DNA from: Vibrio alginolyticus NBRC 15630 = ATCC 17749
GTDB lineage: Bacteria > Pseudomonadota > Gammaproteobacteria > Enterobacterales > Vibrionaceae
Direction of reading: 5' to 3'
Assembly (NCBI RefSeq): GCF_000354175.2
Contig: NC_022349.1
Coordinates: 2,340,001 to 2,372,000, forward strand
DNA length: 32,000 bases
Shown here: positions 1 through 10,762 of the stretch, piece by piece
Layout of the letters: the number at the start of each line of letters is the position of its first letter
How positions within the stretch are numbered: the first letter of the stretch is position 1
Made by a program: the position numbers and the translations under genes
The notes under the pieces: generated by a model
Database searches by the model: none
The model's input: only the letters and a program-made list of their open reading frames with translations
What the model was told of the DNA's origin: nothing

Positions 1-834
1 GGTGAGTTAGATCGTGCAGGTCTTCTACACAATGATGCGCGCACCGTGCTTGGCCTTTCGATGAAAGAGCAGCTGGCGAAATACGACATCATCCAAACTG
101 AAGACGAAGAAGTACTTAAGTTCTACCGCGCAGGTCCCGCGGGTATTCGTACTACTCAAGCGTTCTCACAAGATTGCCGCTGGGATCGCCTTGATGACGA
201 CCGTGCGGAAGGTTGTATTCGTACTATCGATCATGCCTTTAGCCAAGAAGGTGGTCTAGCCGTTCTATCAGGCAACATCGCATTAGATGGTTGTATCGTT
301 AAGACTGCTGGTGTTGATGAGAGCATCCATAAGTTCACTGGTCCAGCCGTGGTATTTGAAAGCCAAGAAGACGCCGTAGAAGGCATCTTGGGTGGCAAAG
401 TAAAAGCAGGCGACGTGGTTGTTATCCGTTACGAAGGCCCTAAAGGTGGTCCGGGCATGCAAGAAATGCTTTACCCAACCACTTATCTAAAATCGATGGG
501 CCTTGGCAAAGAGTGTGCACTTCTGACTGACGGCCGTTTCTCTGGCGGCACATCAGGTCTGTCAATCGGTCACGCCTCTCCTGAAGCAGCAAACGGCGGT
601 GCAATTGGCCTGGTAAAAGAAGGCGATATGATCGCAATTGATATTCCAAACCGTTCAATTTCACTCCAAGTGTCTGAACAAGAACTTGCTGAGCGCCGTG
701 CAAAACAAGACGAGTTAGGCTGGAAACCAGTTGACCGCCAACGTGAAGTTTCATTTGCACTCAAAGCGTACGCGAGTATGGCAACCAGTGCTGACAAGGG
801 TGCAGTACGAGACAAGTCGAAGCTAGAGGGCTAG
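1..834 (+). CDS. ilvD: dihydroxy-acid dehydratase, C-terminal part (5' end lies outside the window)
   Basis: Frame 1 is open from nt 1 ([20 protein letters not shown]) into tracked ORF 46..834. IlvD/Edd-family motifs are present ([35 protein letters not shown]). ilvA follows 2 nt later, as in ilv operons. Confidence 0.95.
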   Translation, partial: GELDRAGLLHNDARTVLGLSMKEQLAKYDIIQTEDEEVLKFYRAGPAGIRTTQAFSQDCRWDRLDDDRAEGCIRTIDHAFSQEGGLAVLSGNIALDGCIVKTAGVDESIHKFTGPAVVFESQEDAVEGILGGKVKAGDVVVIRYEGPKGGPGMQEMLYPTTYLKSMGLGKECALLTDGRFSGGTSGLSIGHASPEAANGGAIGLVKEGDMIAIDIPNRSISLQVSEQELAERRAKQDELGWKPVDRQREVSFALKAYASMATSADKGAVRDKSKLEG

Positions 835-836
835 CA

Positions 837-2384
837 ATGATGGAAGCTCAACCCGAAAAACAAGTGAACCAAACTGGCGCAGATTATCTGCGCCAAATCC
901 TTCGCGCACCTGTTTATGAAGTAGCAACAGTGACGCCACTGCAAGAAATGCCTCGTTTATCTGCACGTATCGGGAATAACGTGCAGATCAAGCGTGAAGA
1001 TCGCCAACCCGTACACTCGTTCAAATTGCGCGGTGCATACAACATGGTGGCGAGTTTATCTGAAGCACAAAAAGCCGCTGGTGTCATTGCAGCATCGGCA
1101 GGTAACCACGCTCAAGGCATGGCGCTCTCTGGTACTAAGCTAGGCATCAAGACCACCATCGTGATGCCCAAAACCACACCAGATATCAAAGTCGATGCGG
1201 TACGTGGCTTCGGTGGCAATGTAGTGCTGCACGGCAGCAACTTTGATGAGGCAAAAGCGGAAGCGGAACGCCTTTCTGATCTGCATGGGTACACATTTGT
1301 CCCTCCTTTCGATCACCCACTGGTGATTGCAGGTCAAGGCACCATAGGCATGGAAATGCTGCAGCAAAATGGTCACCTTGATTACATCTTCGTCCCTGTC
1401 GGTGGTGGCGGTTTGGCTGCCGGTGTTGCGGTACTTGTGAAGCAACTGATGCCAGAAATCAAAGTGATTGCAGTTGAACCTGAAGACTCATCTTGTCTTA
1501 AAGCCGCGCTGGATGCTGGTGAACCAGTGGTACTAGACCAAGTCAGCATGTTTGCCGATGGCGTCGCTGTAAAACGCATTGGCGAAGAGACTTTCCGTCT
1601 ATGCCAAAAGTACATTGATGGCCATATTGCCGTCTCTAGCGATGAAATCTGCGCAGCCGTAAAAGACATCTTTGAAGACACTCGCGCCATTGCTGAGCCT
1701 TCGGGCGCACTTGCTCTGGCAGGTTTGAAGAAGTTTGCTGAGCAAAACAAACTGCAAGGTAAGAATTTAGGTACTGTGCTGTCTGGTGCCAACACTAACT
1801 TCCATGGCTTACGTTATGTTTCTGAGCGTTGCGAGCTTGGTGAGAAACGTGAAGGTTTGCTTGCCGTCACCATTCCTGAGCGTCAAGGTGCTTTCTTTGA
1901 GTTCTGTAACCTCATTGGCGGCCGTGCCGTGACAGAGTTTAACTACCGCTACAACGATGACGCATTGGCAAATATCTTTGTCGGTGTGCGTTTGCAAGGC
2001 GGTCAGGAAGAGCTAGAACATATCATTCACGACTTACGTGATGGTGGCTACCCAGTGGTTGATTTGTCTGATGATGAAATGGCGAAGCTGCACGTGCGCT
2101 ACATGATTGGTGGTAAGCCGTCTAAGCCGCTTAAAGAGCGCCTATACAGCTTTGAATTCCCAGAATATCCGGGAGCGCTACTCAAGTTCTTAAGCACACT
2201 CGGTACTCATTGGAATATCAGCTTGTTCAACTACCGTAACCACGGCGCTGACTACGGACGTGTTTTATGTGGTTTCGAGTTAGATGAAAGCGATTTAGCT
2301 CAGTTTTCAGCACATTTACGTGAACTTGGCTATCAATGCAAAGACGAGACAGACAACCCATCGTATAAGTTTTTCTTGTCATAA
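837..2384 (+). CDS. ilvA: biosynthetic L-threonine dehydratase (threonine deaminase)
   Basis: 515 aa. PLP-lysine motif SFKLRGAYN, the GGGGL glycine loop, and a C-terminal duplicated regulatory domain typical of IlvA. ATG start with AGAGGG Shine-Dalgarno at 825-830. Confidence 0.95.
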   Translation: MMEAQPEKQVNQTGADYLRQILRAPVYEVATVTPLQEMPRLSARIGNNVQIKREDRQPVHSFKLRGAYNMVASLSEAQKAAGVIAASAGNHAQGMALSGTKLGIKTTIVMPKTTPDIKVDAVRGFGGNVVLHGSNFDEAKAEAERLSDLHGYTFVPPFDHPLVIAGQGTIGMEMLQQNGHLDYIFVPVGGGGLAAGVAVLVKQLMPEIKVIAVEPEDSSCLKAALDAGEPVVLDQVSMFADGVAVKRIGEETFRLCQKYIDGHIAVSSDEICAAVKDIFEDTRAIAEPSGALALAGLKKFAEQNKLQGKNLGTVLSGANTNFHGLRYVSERCELGEKREGLLAVTIPERQGAFFEFCNLIGGRAVTEFNYRYNDDALANIFVGVRLQGGQEELEHIIHDLRDGGYPVVDLSDDEMAKLHVRYMIGGKPSKPLKERLYSFEFPEYPGALLKFLSTLGTHWNISLFNYRNHGADYGRVLCGFELDESDLAQFSAHLRELGYQCKDETDNPSYKFFLS

Positions 2385-2414
2385 AACGCCACATTTCAAA
2401 TATATCAAAGACAA

Positions 2415-2440
2415 CACCTCGCATTAGCGAGGTGTTTTTT
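2415..2440 (+). terminator. rho-independent terminator after ilvA (hairpin also lies just past the convergent LysR gene stop)
   Basis: CACCTCGC (2415-2422), loop ATTA, GCGAGGTG (2427-2434), then T6 (2435-2440). Confidence 0.8.
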
Positions 2441-3341
2441 ATGACTGTAACCAATCTTTATGTAGCTGATTAGGCGACCCAAGATAGTCCACCATCCACT
2501 GGATCAATTTATGATTATCATCTTTGCGCCATACTAAGCAGCAGTGACTGAGCGGTTTATCATCCGGCATGACCTTCTCCACCAGCACACCATCATTGAT
2601 TAAGGGTGTTGCAATATGACGTGGCATGTAACCCACGCCCACCCCATTTTTTAAACATTCAATCGCACTATACCAATTGGGCAATAATAATCGGCGCTGT
2701 TGCGGATAATGGCCAGTATGGCGTTTTGGCAGCACGTTCGAAGTATCATCAAGACAGATCGCCGGAAATTGACTCACAAACTCTTCAGTAAGCACTTGTT
2801 GTCTAACGCAAGGATGAGCGGGTGACATTACAAATGCCCAATCTAATACGCCCATATCTTTGACTTCAAAATCTCCCCCAACGGGAACCGCAGATGTCGC
2901 GCCAACGACAATGTCGGCTCGACCTTGTGCTATGGCTTCCCAAGAACCATTGAAGACCTCCATATTGATCTGCAATTCAGCAAATTCAAACTCGCGATAA
3001 AAATCTTCCACCAAAGGTTTGAGTTTTTCTAACTTCACCACGTTATCTAAGGTCAGCTTTAACGTGCTTTTCCATCCTTGAGCCGCTCGCCGCGTTTGTG
3101 CTTTCACCTCTTCCATTTGACGCAGCAAAGAGCGCGCCTCGGCCATAAAAAGTTCACCCGCTGGAGTTAGCTCGACTTTCCTTGGTAAACGTCGAAACAG
3201 CACCACATCTAAATCTTGCTCGACCTGCCTTACTCCATAGCTGATGGCTGAGGGGACTTTATGCAATACCTCAGCCGCAGCGGTGAAACTGCCTAAACGG
3301 GCAACCGTATCCAGCATTTCCAAAGACGCTTTAGAGAACAT
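2439..3341 (-). CDS. LysR-family transcriptional regulator (YdhB/PunR-like by remembered similarity)
   Basis: 300 aa. N-terminal wHTH (GSFTAAAEVLHKVPSAISYGVRQVEQDL) and a LysR substrate-binding domain (EVFNGSWEAIAQGRADIVVGAT..VPVGG). Divergent from the MFS gene. Confidence 0.9.
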   Translation of the reverse strand: MFSKASLEMLDTVARLGSFTAAAEVLHKVPSAISYGVRQVEQDLDVVLFRRLPRKVELTPAGELFMAEARSLLRQMEEVKAQTRRAAQGWKSTLKLTLDNVVKLEKLKPLVEDFYREFEFAELQINMEVFNGSWEAIAQGRADIVVGATSAVPVGGDFEVKDMGVLDWAFVMSPAHPCVRQQVLTEEFVSQFPAICLDDTSNVLPKRHTGHYPQQRRLLLPNWYSAIECLKNGVGVGYMPRHIATPLINDGVLVEKVMPDDKPLSHCCLVWRKDDNHKLIQWMVDYLGSPNQLHKDWLQS

Positions 3342-3493
3342 GATTTAACCTTTCAAAAAATTTGATTGATAACCAACAATTTTAGCGTTTTATTTTCTCA
3401 AAATCGAAAAATAGAATAATAAGGTAAATAAATCAGGGTTGGCGCCAACTGATGTTGATTAAAAAATGATTAAATAATTTGACTGGTTGAATC

Positions 3494-4699
3494 ATGAAAA
3501 TCTCAAAACTACAGCTCATTTATCTGGCAGCATTATCGATGCTTGGCTTCGTTGCTACCGATATGTATCTGCCAGCATTCAAAGCGATGGAAATCGACTT
3601 TGCAACAGGCCCTGAGCAAATTGCGCTCTCTTTAACGGTATTCCTCGTTGGTATGGCGATTGGCCAACTAATGTGGGGATTGGCATCCGATAAATTTGGC
3701 CATCGTAATACACTCGCAGCCGGGTTGGTGCTATTTACTATCGCGTCATTCGGTTTGGCTTTCTGTGATCAAGTATGGCAACTACTCACACTGCGCTTTA
3801 TCCAAGCTATCGGTGTGTGTGCACCAGCCGTGATCTGGCAAGCTATGGTCATTAAGCGCTACTCAAGCAGTAGCCAACAAATTTTTGCGACGATCATGCC
3901 ACTCGTCGCGCTATCACCAGCACTAGCACCTCAATTAGGGGTTGTGTTGGCAGATAACTTCGGCTGGCACAGTATCTTTATTACGCTAACACTAGTTGGC
4001 GTCTTTTTGGTCTTTGCGACCATGGCACAAAAAGACGAGAAAGCAGAAATCAAACAAACCAGTATGTCTGCCGACATCAAAGCGCTGCTGAGTTCTAAAA
4101 AATACCTTGGCAACGTGTTTATGTTTGCGACGGCTTCAGCTGCATTCTTTGCTTACCTAACTGGGATGCCAGAAATCATGGCGCAACTGGGCTACGAAGC
4201 AAAAGATATTGGTTTGAGCTTTATCCCACAAACCATCGCGTTTATGGCTGGTGGCTACTTAGGTAAAGTAGGCGTTCGAAAATTTGGTGATGAAAAGGTT
4301 CTGCGCCAACTGATTGGCCTATTTAGTGTCGCGGCATTAATGATTTTCATTGCTTCACAGTGGGAGCTGTCATCGATTTGGCCTATTCTTGCGCCATTCT
4401 GTTTGATTGCCGTTGCTAACGGCGCACTGTACCCAATCGTGGTAAACCGTGCACTGGCCAGCGCACAACAGAGCCCTGCAACAGCAGCAGGTCTGCAAAA
4501 CAGCCTGCAAATCTGTGTAAGTAGCTTCTCAAGTGCATTGGTAGCCGCAATGGCAAGCCAAGCTCAGATGGTTACTGGCATCGCAATCATCATCTGTATG
4601 GGTGGGCTGTGGATGGGATACATTCTGTCGAATCGCGAATTATCCAAGCACTTTACGACTCCTGACAACGCTCGAGTCGTGAGTGAAGACGAACTTTAA
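3494..4699 (+). CDS. MFS transporter, Bcr/CflA drug-metabolite efflux subfamily (YdhC/PunC-like)
   Basis: 401 aa, about 12 hydrophobic segments. Subfamily-typical N-terminus LGFVATDMYLPAF, plus LRFIQAIGVCAPAVIWQAMV, IMPLVALSPALAP, PQTIAFMAGGY. ATG start. Confidence 0.88.
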   Translation: MKISKLQLIYLAALSMLGFVATDMYLPAFKAMEIDFATGPEQIALSLTVFLVGMAIGQLMWGLASDKFGHRNTLAAGLVLFTIASFGLAFCDQVWQLLTLRFIQAIGVCAPAVIWQAMVIKRYSSSSQQIFATIMPLVALSPALAPQLGVVLADNFGWHSIFITLTLVGVFLVFATMAQKDEKAEIKQTSMSADIKALLSSKKYLGNVFMFATASAAFFAYLTGMPEIMAQLGYEAKDIGLSFIPQTIAFMAGGYLGKVGVRKFGDEKVLRQLIGLFSVAALMIFIASQWELSSIWPILAPFCLIAVANGALYPIVVNRALASAQQSPATAAGLQNSLQICVSSFSSALVAAMASQAQMVTGIAIIICMGGLWMGYILSNRELSKHFTTPDNARVVSEDEL

Positions 4700-4717
4700 T
4701 CGTTCAAATAATAAAAA

Positions 4718-4740
4718 GAGCCGCGCAATGCGGCTCTTTC
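4718..4740. terminator. bidirectional rho-independent terminator between the convergent MFS and binding-protein genes
   Basis: GAGCCGC (4718-4724), loop GCAAT, GCGGCTC (4730-4736). Flanked by an A-run upstream and TTT downstream. Confidence 0.7.
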
Positions 4741-4743
4741 TGT

Positions 4744-5520
4744 TTATAAGCTTTTCAACCCCCACTTCTTGGCGGTCTGCTTAAAAAAGCCTTGAGTCTT
4801 TTTCAACTCAACCCAGTGATTGATGTAATTAATCCATACTTGATCGTCTTGCGGCAACAACATAGCAATTGGGGTTGGTTTACGCGGTGCGGTCACTGGC
4901 ACTATCGCCAACTGTTTAAACTTGTCCACCAACGTCGCAGCTTCCACATTGGACGTCACCGATACATCGGCCCTGCGAGCTAGTAGTTCTTGGAAGTCGC
5001 GCGCTGGCGCTTCAATAACAATATGCTGAGCAGACGGGAAGAACTCTTTCACCATTTTTTCTTGTACCGTACCTAACGTCGCCGCGACTTTTACTTCTGG
5101 TTTATTAAAATCCGCCCAATCAGAGAATTTGGCGAGATCTTTCTTTTGCACCACAGGTACAAAGGCAAGGTAGAAATATGGCTGGCTATATCCAGCTACT
5201 TTCGCGCGCGACATGTTCAGAGATGCGCTGCCAGTAATATCGTATTTGTTGGCGGTAATGCCATTAACTAGCGTCTTCCAATCCGTGGGAACATACTCCA
5301 CTTTTACACCGAGATCTTTAGCAAGTTCTGTTGTTACATCGATATCGAAGCCACGATAACTGTTTGTCGCGGGGTCTTTCATCGTCATCGGATTCCAATC
5401 TCCCGTCGTTCCAACTCGGAGTACGCCATTGTCTAAAATGGATTGAAGACGGCTTTCAGCGTGAGCGACTTGAGTCACAGCAAGCAAACACATTCCTAGC
5501 ACTAGTAAAATCTTTCTCAT
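4744..5520 (-). CDS. periplasmic family-3 solute-binding-fold protein, PheC (cyclohexadienyl dehydratase)/polar amino-acid-binding-like, with signal peptide
   Basis: 258 aa. Sec signal MRKILLVLGMCLLAVTQVAHA. The mature N-terminus ESRLQSILDNGVLRVGTTGDWNP resembles my memory of P. aeruginosa PheC (ESRLDRILESGVLRVATTGDYKP). Confidence 0.85.
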   Translation of the reverse strand: MRKILLVLGMCLLAVTQVAHAESRLQSILDNGVLRVGTTGDWNPMTMKDPATNSYRGFDIDVTTELAKDLGVKVEYVPTDWKTLVNGITANKYDITGSASLNMSRAKVAGYSQPYFYLAFVPVVQKKDLAKFSDWADFNKPEVKVAATLGTVQEKMVKEFFPSAQHIVIEAPARDFQELLARRADVSVTSNVEAATLVDKFKQLAIVPVTAPRKPTPIAMLLPQDDQVWINYINHWVELKKTQGFFKQTAKKWGLKSL

Positions 5521-5635
5521 TTTTATTCCCTTAAAAATAATGACCTTATACGGTTTAATAATTAACCTTTATTAGAGCTCTACTGATAACATAGCAGCAA
5601 CAAAGGAAGTTTTTTAGTTAATTCAGGGAGTAAAT

Positions 5636-6376
5636 GTGACGTTTCGAACTCTATGGCTATTTTCATTGCTATTACTCACTGGTTGTTCAGATTATCAATG
5701 GGGCTGGTATGTACTTGACCCTTCGACGGATCAAGGGCTCACCAATCTAAAGTTTTTAATCGCTGGGTTTAATGACACCATTCAGGTATCACTCCTCAGT
5801 ATGTTATTTGCGATGAGCTTGGGCCTGATCGTTGCGTTACCCGCTCTGTCGGACTCTGCCTCTCTGAAGTGGATAAACCGTATTTATGTCGAGGTGATCC
5901 GTTCAGTGCCAGTTTTAGTCTTACTACTTTGGGTGTATTACGGCATGCCTACGCTATTGGATGTCTCACTCAATCACTTTTGGGCGGGTGTTATTGCACT
6001 GACTATCGCTGAGAGTGCGTTTATGGCGGAAGTGTTTCGCGGTGGGATACAAGCTATCAGCCGTGGCCAGCATGAAGCAGCTGAGTCTTTGGGCTTAAGC
6101 TATTGGCAAAAGATGCGCTTGGTAATTCTTCCCCAAGCGTTTCGACAAATCCTCCCTCCACTGGGCAATCAATTTGTCTACATTCTCAAGATAAGTTCTT
6201 TAGTCAGCGTGATTGGTTTAAGCGATCTCACTCGCCGTGCTAATGAGCTGGTGGTGAATGAGTACTTACCCCTAGAAATTTATACCTTCCTCGTTTTGGA
6301 GTACTTGTTGCTCATCCTATTTGTATCTCAAGCCGTTCGTTGGCTCGAAAAACGTATTGCTATTCCTAGCTACTAA
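5636..6376 (+). CDS. amino-acid ABC transporter permease (HisM/GlnP type) with an N-terminal signal/lipobox extension
   Basis: 246 aa. GTG start 5 nt after AGGGAG (5625-5630). EAA-loop region EAAESLGLSYWQKMRLVILPQAFRQILPPLGNQF. Residues 1-17 are MTFRTLWLFSLLLLTGC. Confidence 0.85.
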   Translation: MTFRTLWLFSLLLLTGCSDYQWGWYVLDPSTDQGLTNLKFLIAGFNDTIQVSLLSMLFAMSLGLIVALPALSDSASLKWINRIYVEVIRSVPVLVLLLWVYYGMPTLLDVSLNHFWAGVIALTIAESAFMAEVFRGGIQAISRGQHEAAESLGLSYWQKMRLVILPQAFRQILPPLGNQFVYILKISSLVSVIGLSDLTRRANELVVNEYLPLEIYTFLVLEYLLLILFVSQAVRWLEKRIAIPSY

Positions 6377-6401
6377 CGATGAAGCCTGAGCTAGAAACAA
6401 C

Positions 6402-6426
6402 AAAGCCGCTCTTGTTGAGCGGCTTT
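6402..6426. terminator. bidirectional terminator between the permease gene and convergent glmU
   Basis: AAAGCCGCTC (6402-6411), loop TTGTT, GAGCGGCTTT (6417-6426). U-rich tails are available on both strands. Confidence 0.7.
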
Positions 6427-6460
6427 GACAGTATAGCGATAGAGTGAGTGCAGGTAATGT

Positions 6461-7822
6461 TTATTTCTGTTTTACAGGACGCTGCCAGCCAGTAATTTTG
6501 CGCTCTTTGACGCGAGTAATTACTAACTCACCTTCTTCAACATCTTTTGTTAGTGTCGTGCCTGCACCGATGGTTGCGCCATCAGCGATAGTGACAGGCG
6601 CCACCAGCTGGCTATCAGAACCAACAAAAACATCATTACCGATGATGGTTTTAAACTTGTTCGCACCATCGTAGTTACAAGTGATAGTACCTGCACCGAT
6701 GTTAGTACGTTGACCGATCTCTGCATCACCTAAGTAAGTTAGGTGGTTCGCTTTTGAACCTTCTCCGATGCGCGCATTTTTCACTTCAACGAAGTTACCC
6801 ACATGGGAATCGTTACGCATTTCAGCACCAGGACGAAGGCGAGTAAATGGACCAACCGTACATTCTTCACCAACCGTTGCACCTTCAATCACACTGTAAG
6901 GGCGAACGATGGTGTTGTCGTCGATTTCACAATCTTTCAGTACACAACCCGCACCGATAACCACGTTATCACCCAGTGAAACTTTACCTTCGACGATAAC
7001 ATTCACGTCGATTTCACAGTCCATACCGCACTGTAACTCACCACGCAAATCAAAGCGTGCTGGATCGCGTAGCATGACACCTTGCTCTAGTAGCTTCTGA
7101 GCTTGCATTGACTGGAAAGCGCGCTCTAGACGAGCAAGCTGTGCGCGGTCATTGACCCCTTCCACCTCAATGGCATTGACTGGGTGTACAGCCTCAACGG
7201 CACGACCTTCATCGTGTGCAGCTGCAATAACGTCAGTTAGGTAGTATTCGCCTTGTGCGTTGTTGTTGTTTAAGCCAGACAACCAACGCTTAAGATCCCC
7301 ACCAGTCGCAACCATCACGCCAGTATTGATCTCTTTAATTTGTTTTTGTTCTTCTGTTGCATCTTTTTGCTCAACGATCGCCACAACAGGACCATTCTTA
7401 CGGATAATACGACCGTAGCCTGTCGGGTTATCTAGAATCACTGTTAGTAGTGCAATACCGCCTGTTGGCTGTGCATCTAATAGGTTTTCAATCGTTTCAG
7501 CTGAAATCAGTGGAACATCACCGTAAAGCACCAGTACTTTTTCATCGTCTTCAAACTTCGGAGACGCTTGATCAACCGCATGACCTGTACCTAGTTGCTC
7601 CGCTTGCAGTACCCAGTTTACAGGCTCTTCTGCTAGCGTTTGCTGCATTTGATCACCACCGTGACCATATACTAAGTGGATGTTTTGTGCGCCAAGACCT
7701 GTACATGTATCAATCACATGTTTTGCCATTGGCTTCCCTGCCAAAGTGTGTAGCACTTTAGGCATGTTTGAATACATACGGGTACCTTTACCCGCAGCAA
7801 GGATCACAGCACTGAATTTCAT
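6461..7822 (-). CDS. glmU: bifunctional UDP-N-acetylglucosamine pyrophosphorylase / glucosamine-1-phosphate N-acetyltransferase
   Basis: 453 aa. N-terminal LAAGKGTRM nucleotidyltransferase motif and C-terminal left-handed beta-helix hexapeptide repeats. Located downstream of atpC as in enterobacteria. Confidence 0.97.
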   Translation of the reverse strand: MKFSAVILAAGKGTRMYSNMPKVLHTLAGKPMAKHVIDTCTGLGAQNIHLVYGHGGDQMQQTLAEEPVNWVLQAEQLGTGHAVDQASPKFEDDEKVLVLYGDVPLISAETIENLLDAQPTGGIALLTVILDNPTGYGRIIRKNGPVVAIVEQKDATEEQKQIKEINTGVMVATGGDLKRWLSGLNNNNAQGEYYLTDVIAAAHDEGRAVEAVHPVNAIEVEGVNDRAQLARLERAFQSMQAQKLLEQGVMLRDPARFDLRGELQCGMDCEIDVNVIVEGKVSLGDNVVIGAGCVLKDCEIDDNTIVRPYSVIEGATVGEECTVGPFTRLRPGAEMRNDSHVGNFVEVKNARIGEGSKANHLTYLGDAEIGQRTNIGAGTITCNYDGANKFKTIIGNDVFVGSDSQLVAPVTIADGATIGAGTTLTKDVEEGELVITRVKERKITGWQRPVKQK

Positions 7823-7920
7823 TAATAACCTATTGACGTTCTATTTTAATTGGGCGTTATTTTAAACACCTTGGAAGGATTAGTTAATGGTGGGATGTAA
7901 ATTTCCAACTAAAATTAATC

Positions 7921-7949
7921 AAAAAGGCGACCAATTGGCCGCCTTTTTT
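7921..7949 (-). terminator. rho-independent terminator of the atp operon
   Basis: Minus-strand RNA reads GGCGGCC AAUU GGUCGCC followed by U5. The stem has one G-U pair on the minus strand, which becomes an A/C mismatch on the plus strand. Confidence 0.8.
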
Positions 7950-7971
7950 CATGCAACGTTGCTAATTGAGC

Positions 7972-8394
7972 TTAGCGACGCTTTTTTGTCAGCTCGATAA
8001 CTCGTAGCTGAGCAATGGCTTTAGCCAGTTCACTGGCCGCTTGTGCGAAGTCCATGTCACCATGCTGATTCTGGATTTGCTCCTCAGCGCGGCGTTTGGC
8101 TTCTTCTGCCTTCGCTGCGTCTAGCTCTTCACCACGGATAGCTGTATCAGCTAGTACAGTCGCTGTACCAGGCTGAATCTCTACCATACCACCAGAAACA
8201 TAAATAATTTCTTCGTGGCCGTGCTGTTTCACAATACGCACCATACCAGGCTTGATAGCGGTCAGCAGCGGTGTGTGACCATGGAAAATACCAAGTTCAC
8301 CTTCGCTACCGGTCACCTGAAACGTTTCAACACGACCAGAGAAGATTTTCTTCTCAGCGCTTACTACGTCTAGGTGAAAGGTTATTGCTGCCAT
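7972..8394 (-). CDS. atpC: F1 ATP synthase epsilon subunit
   Basis: 140 aa. Operon position. AGGAG Shine-Dalgarno upstream of the ATG. Confidence 0.97.
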   Translation of the reverse strand: MAAITFHLDVVSAEKKIFSGRVETFQVTGSEGELGIFHGHTPLLTAIKPGMVRIVKQHGHEEIIYVSGGMVEIQPGTATVLADTAIRGEELDAAKAEEAKRRAEEQIQNQHGDMDFAQAASELAKAIAQLRVIELTKKRR

Positions 8395-8412
8395 ATCGCC
8401 TCCTAGTTAGCC

Positions 8413-9831
<1,419 letters not shown>

Positions 9832-9851
9832 CTATTTCGTTTTACCTAAGC

Positions 9852-10718
9852 TTAAACCGCAGCTGCACCACCAACGATTTCTGATAGTTCTTGTGTAATC
9901 GCAGCCTGACGGGCTTTGTTGTACACAAGTTCCAAATCGTCAATCAAACTGGTTGCGTTATCCGTTGCAGCCTTCATCGCAATCATTCGAGCCGCTTGCT
10001 CACAAGCAAGGTTCTCAACCACACCTTGGTATACCTGAGACTCTACGTAACGCACTAATAGCGTATCCAGTAGAGGTTTTGGTTCAGGCTCATAGATGTA
10101 GTCCCATGAATGCTCACGCTGCATCTCTTCGCTGTCCGATTTAGGCAAAGGTAGCAATTGATCGATCGTTGGTTGCTGAACCATAGTATTTACAAACTTG
10201 TTGAATACTACATATAGACGGTCCAGTTCACCTTCATCGTATTTCTTCAGCATTACGCCAACAGAGCCGATTAGGTCTTGTAGGCTTGGATTATCTCCAA
10301 GACCAGAAACCTGTGCCGCAACTTTTGCGCCACCATGTTTAAAGAAAGCTGTTGCTTTTGAGCCAACAACGGCTAGCTCAATCTCAGCACCTTTCTCTCT
10401 CCATGCTTGCATGTCTGTAACGGCTTTTTTGAACACGTTAATGTTCAAACCACCACACAGACCACGGTCTGTCGAAACGATGATGTAACCAACACGTTTA
10501 GCTTCACGCTCTTCTAGGTACGGATGACGGTACTCTAGGTTTGCGTTAGCCACATGACCGATCACTTTACGCATTGTTTCAGCGTATGGACGAGAAGCTT
10601 CCATTGCATCTTGAGAACGACGCATTTTTGAAGCTGCTACCATTTCCATCGCTTTCGTAATTTTCTGAGTGCTTTTAACACTACCGATTTTATTACGTAT
10701 CTCTTTTGCGCCGGCCAT
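9852..10718 (-). CDS. atpG: F1 ATP synthase gamma subunit
   Basis: 288 aa. N-terminus [33 protein letters not shown] is canonical for the gamma subunit. Confidence 0.98.
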   Translation of the reverse strand: MAGAKEIRNKIGSVKSTQKITKAMEMVAASKMRRSQDAMEASRPYAETMRKVIGHVANANLEYRHPYLEEREAKRVGYIIVSTDRGLCGGLNINVFKKAVTDMQAWREKGAEIELAVVGSKATAFFKHGGAKVAAQVSGLGDNPSLQDLIGSVGVMLKKYDEGELDRLYVVFNKFVNTMVQQPTIDQLLPLPKSDSEEMQREHSWDYIYEPEPKPLLDTLLVRYVESQVYQGVVENLACEQAARMIAMKAATDNATSLIDDLELVYNKARQAAITQELSEIVGGAAAV

Positions 10719-10762
10719 CGTTACTCTCCGTTAGTTGGTGGCAGAAACTGCCACCGACCTAA

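Noticed and set aside
7953-7962. Perfect 10-bp palindrome GCAACGTTGC between the atpC stop and the atp terminator.
   Set aside because: It is short and isolated, adjacent to the real terminator hairpin, and there is no evidence for a separate function.
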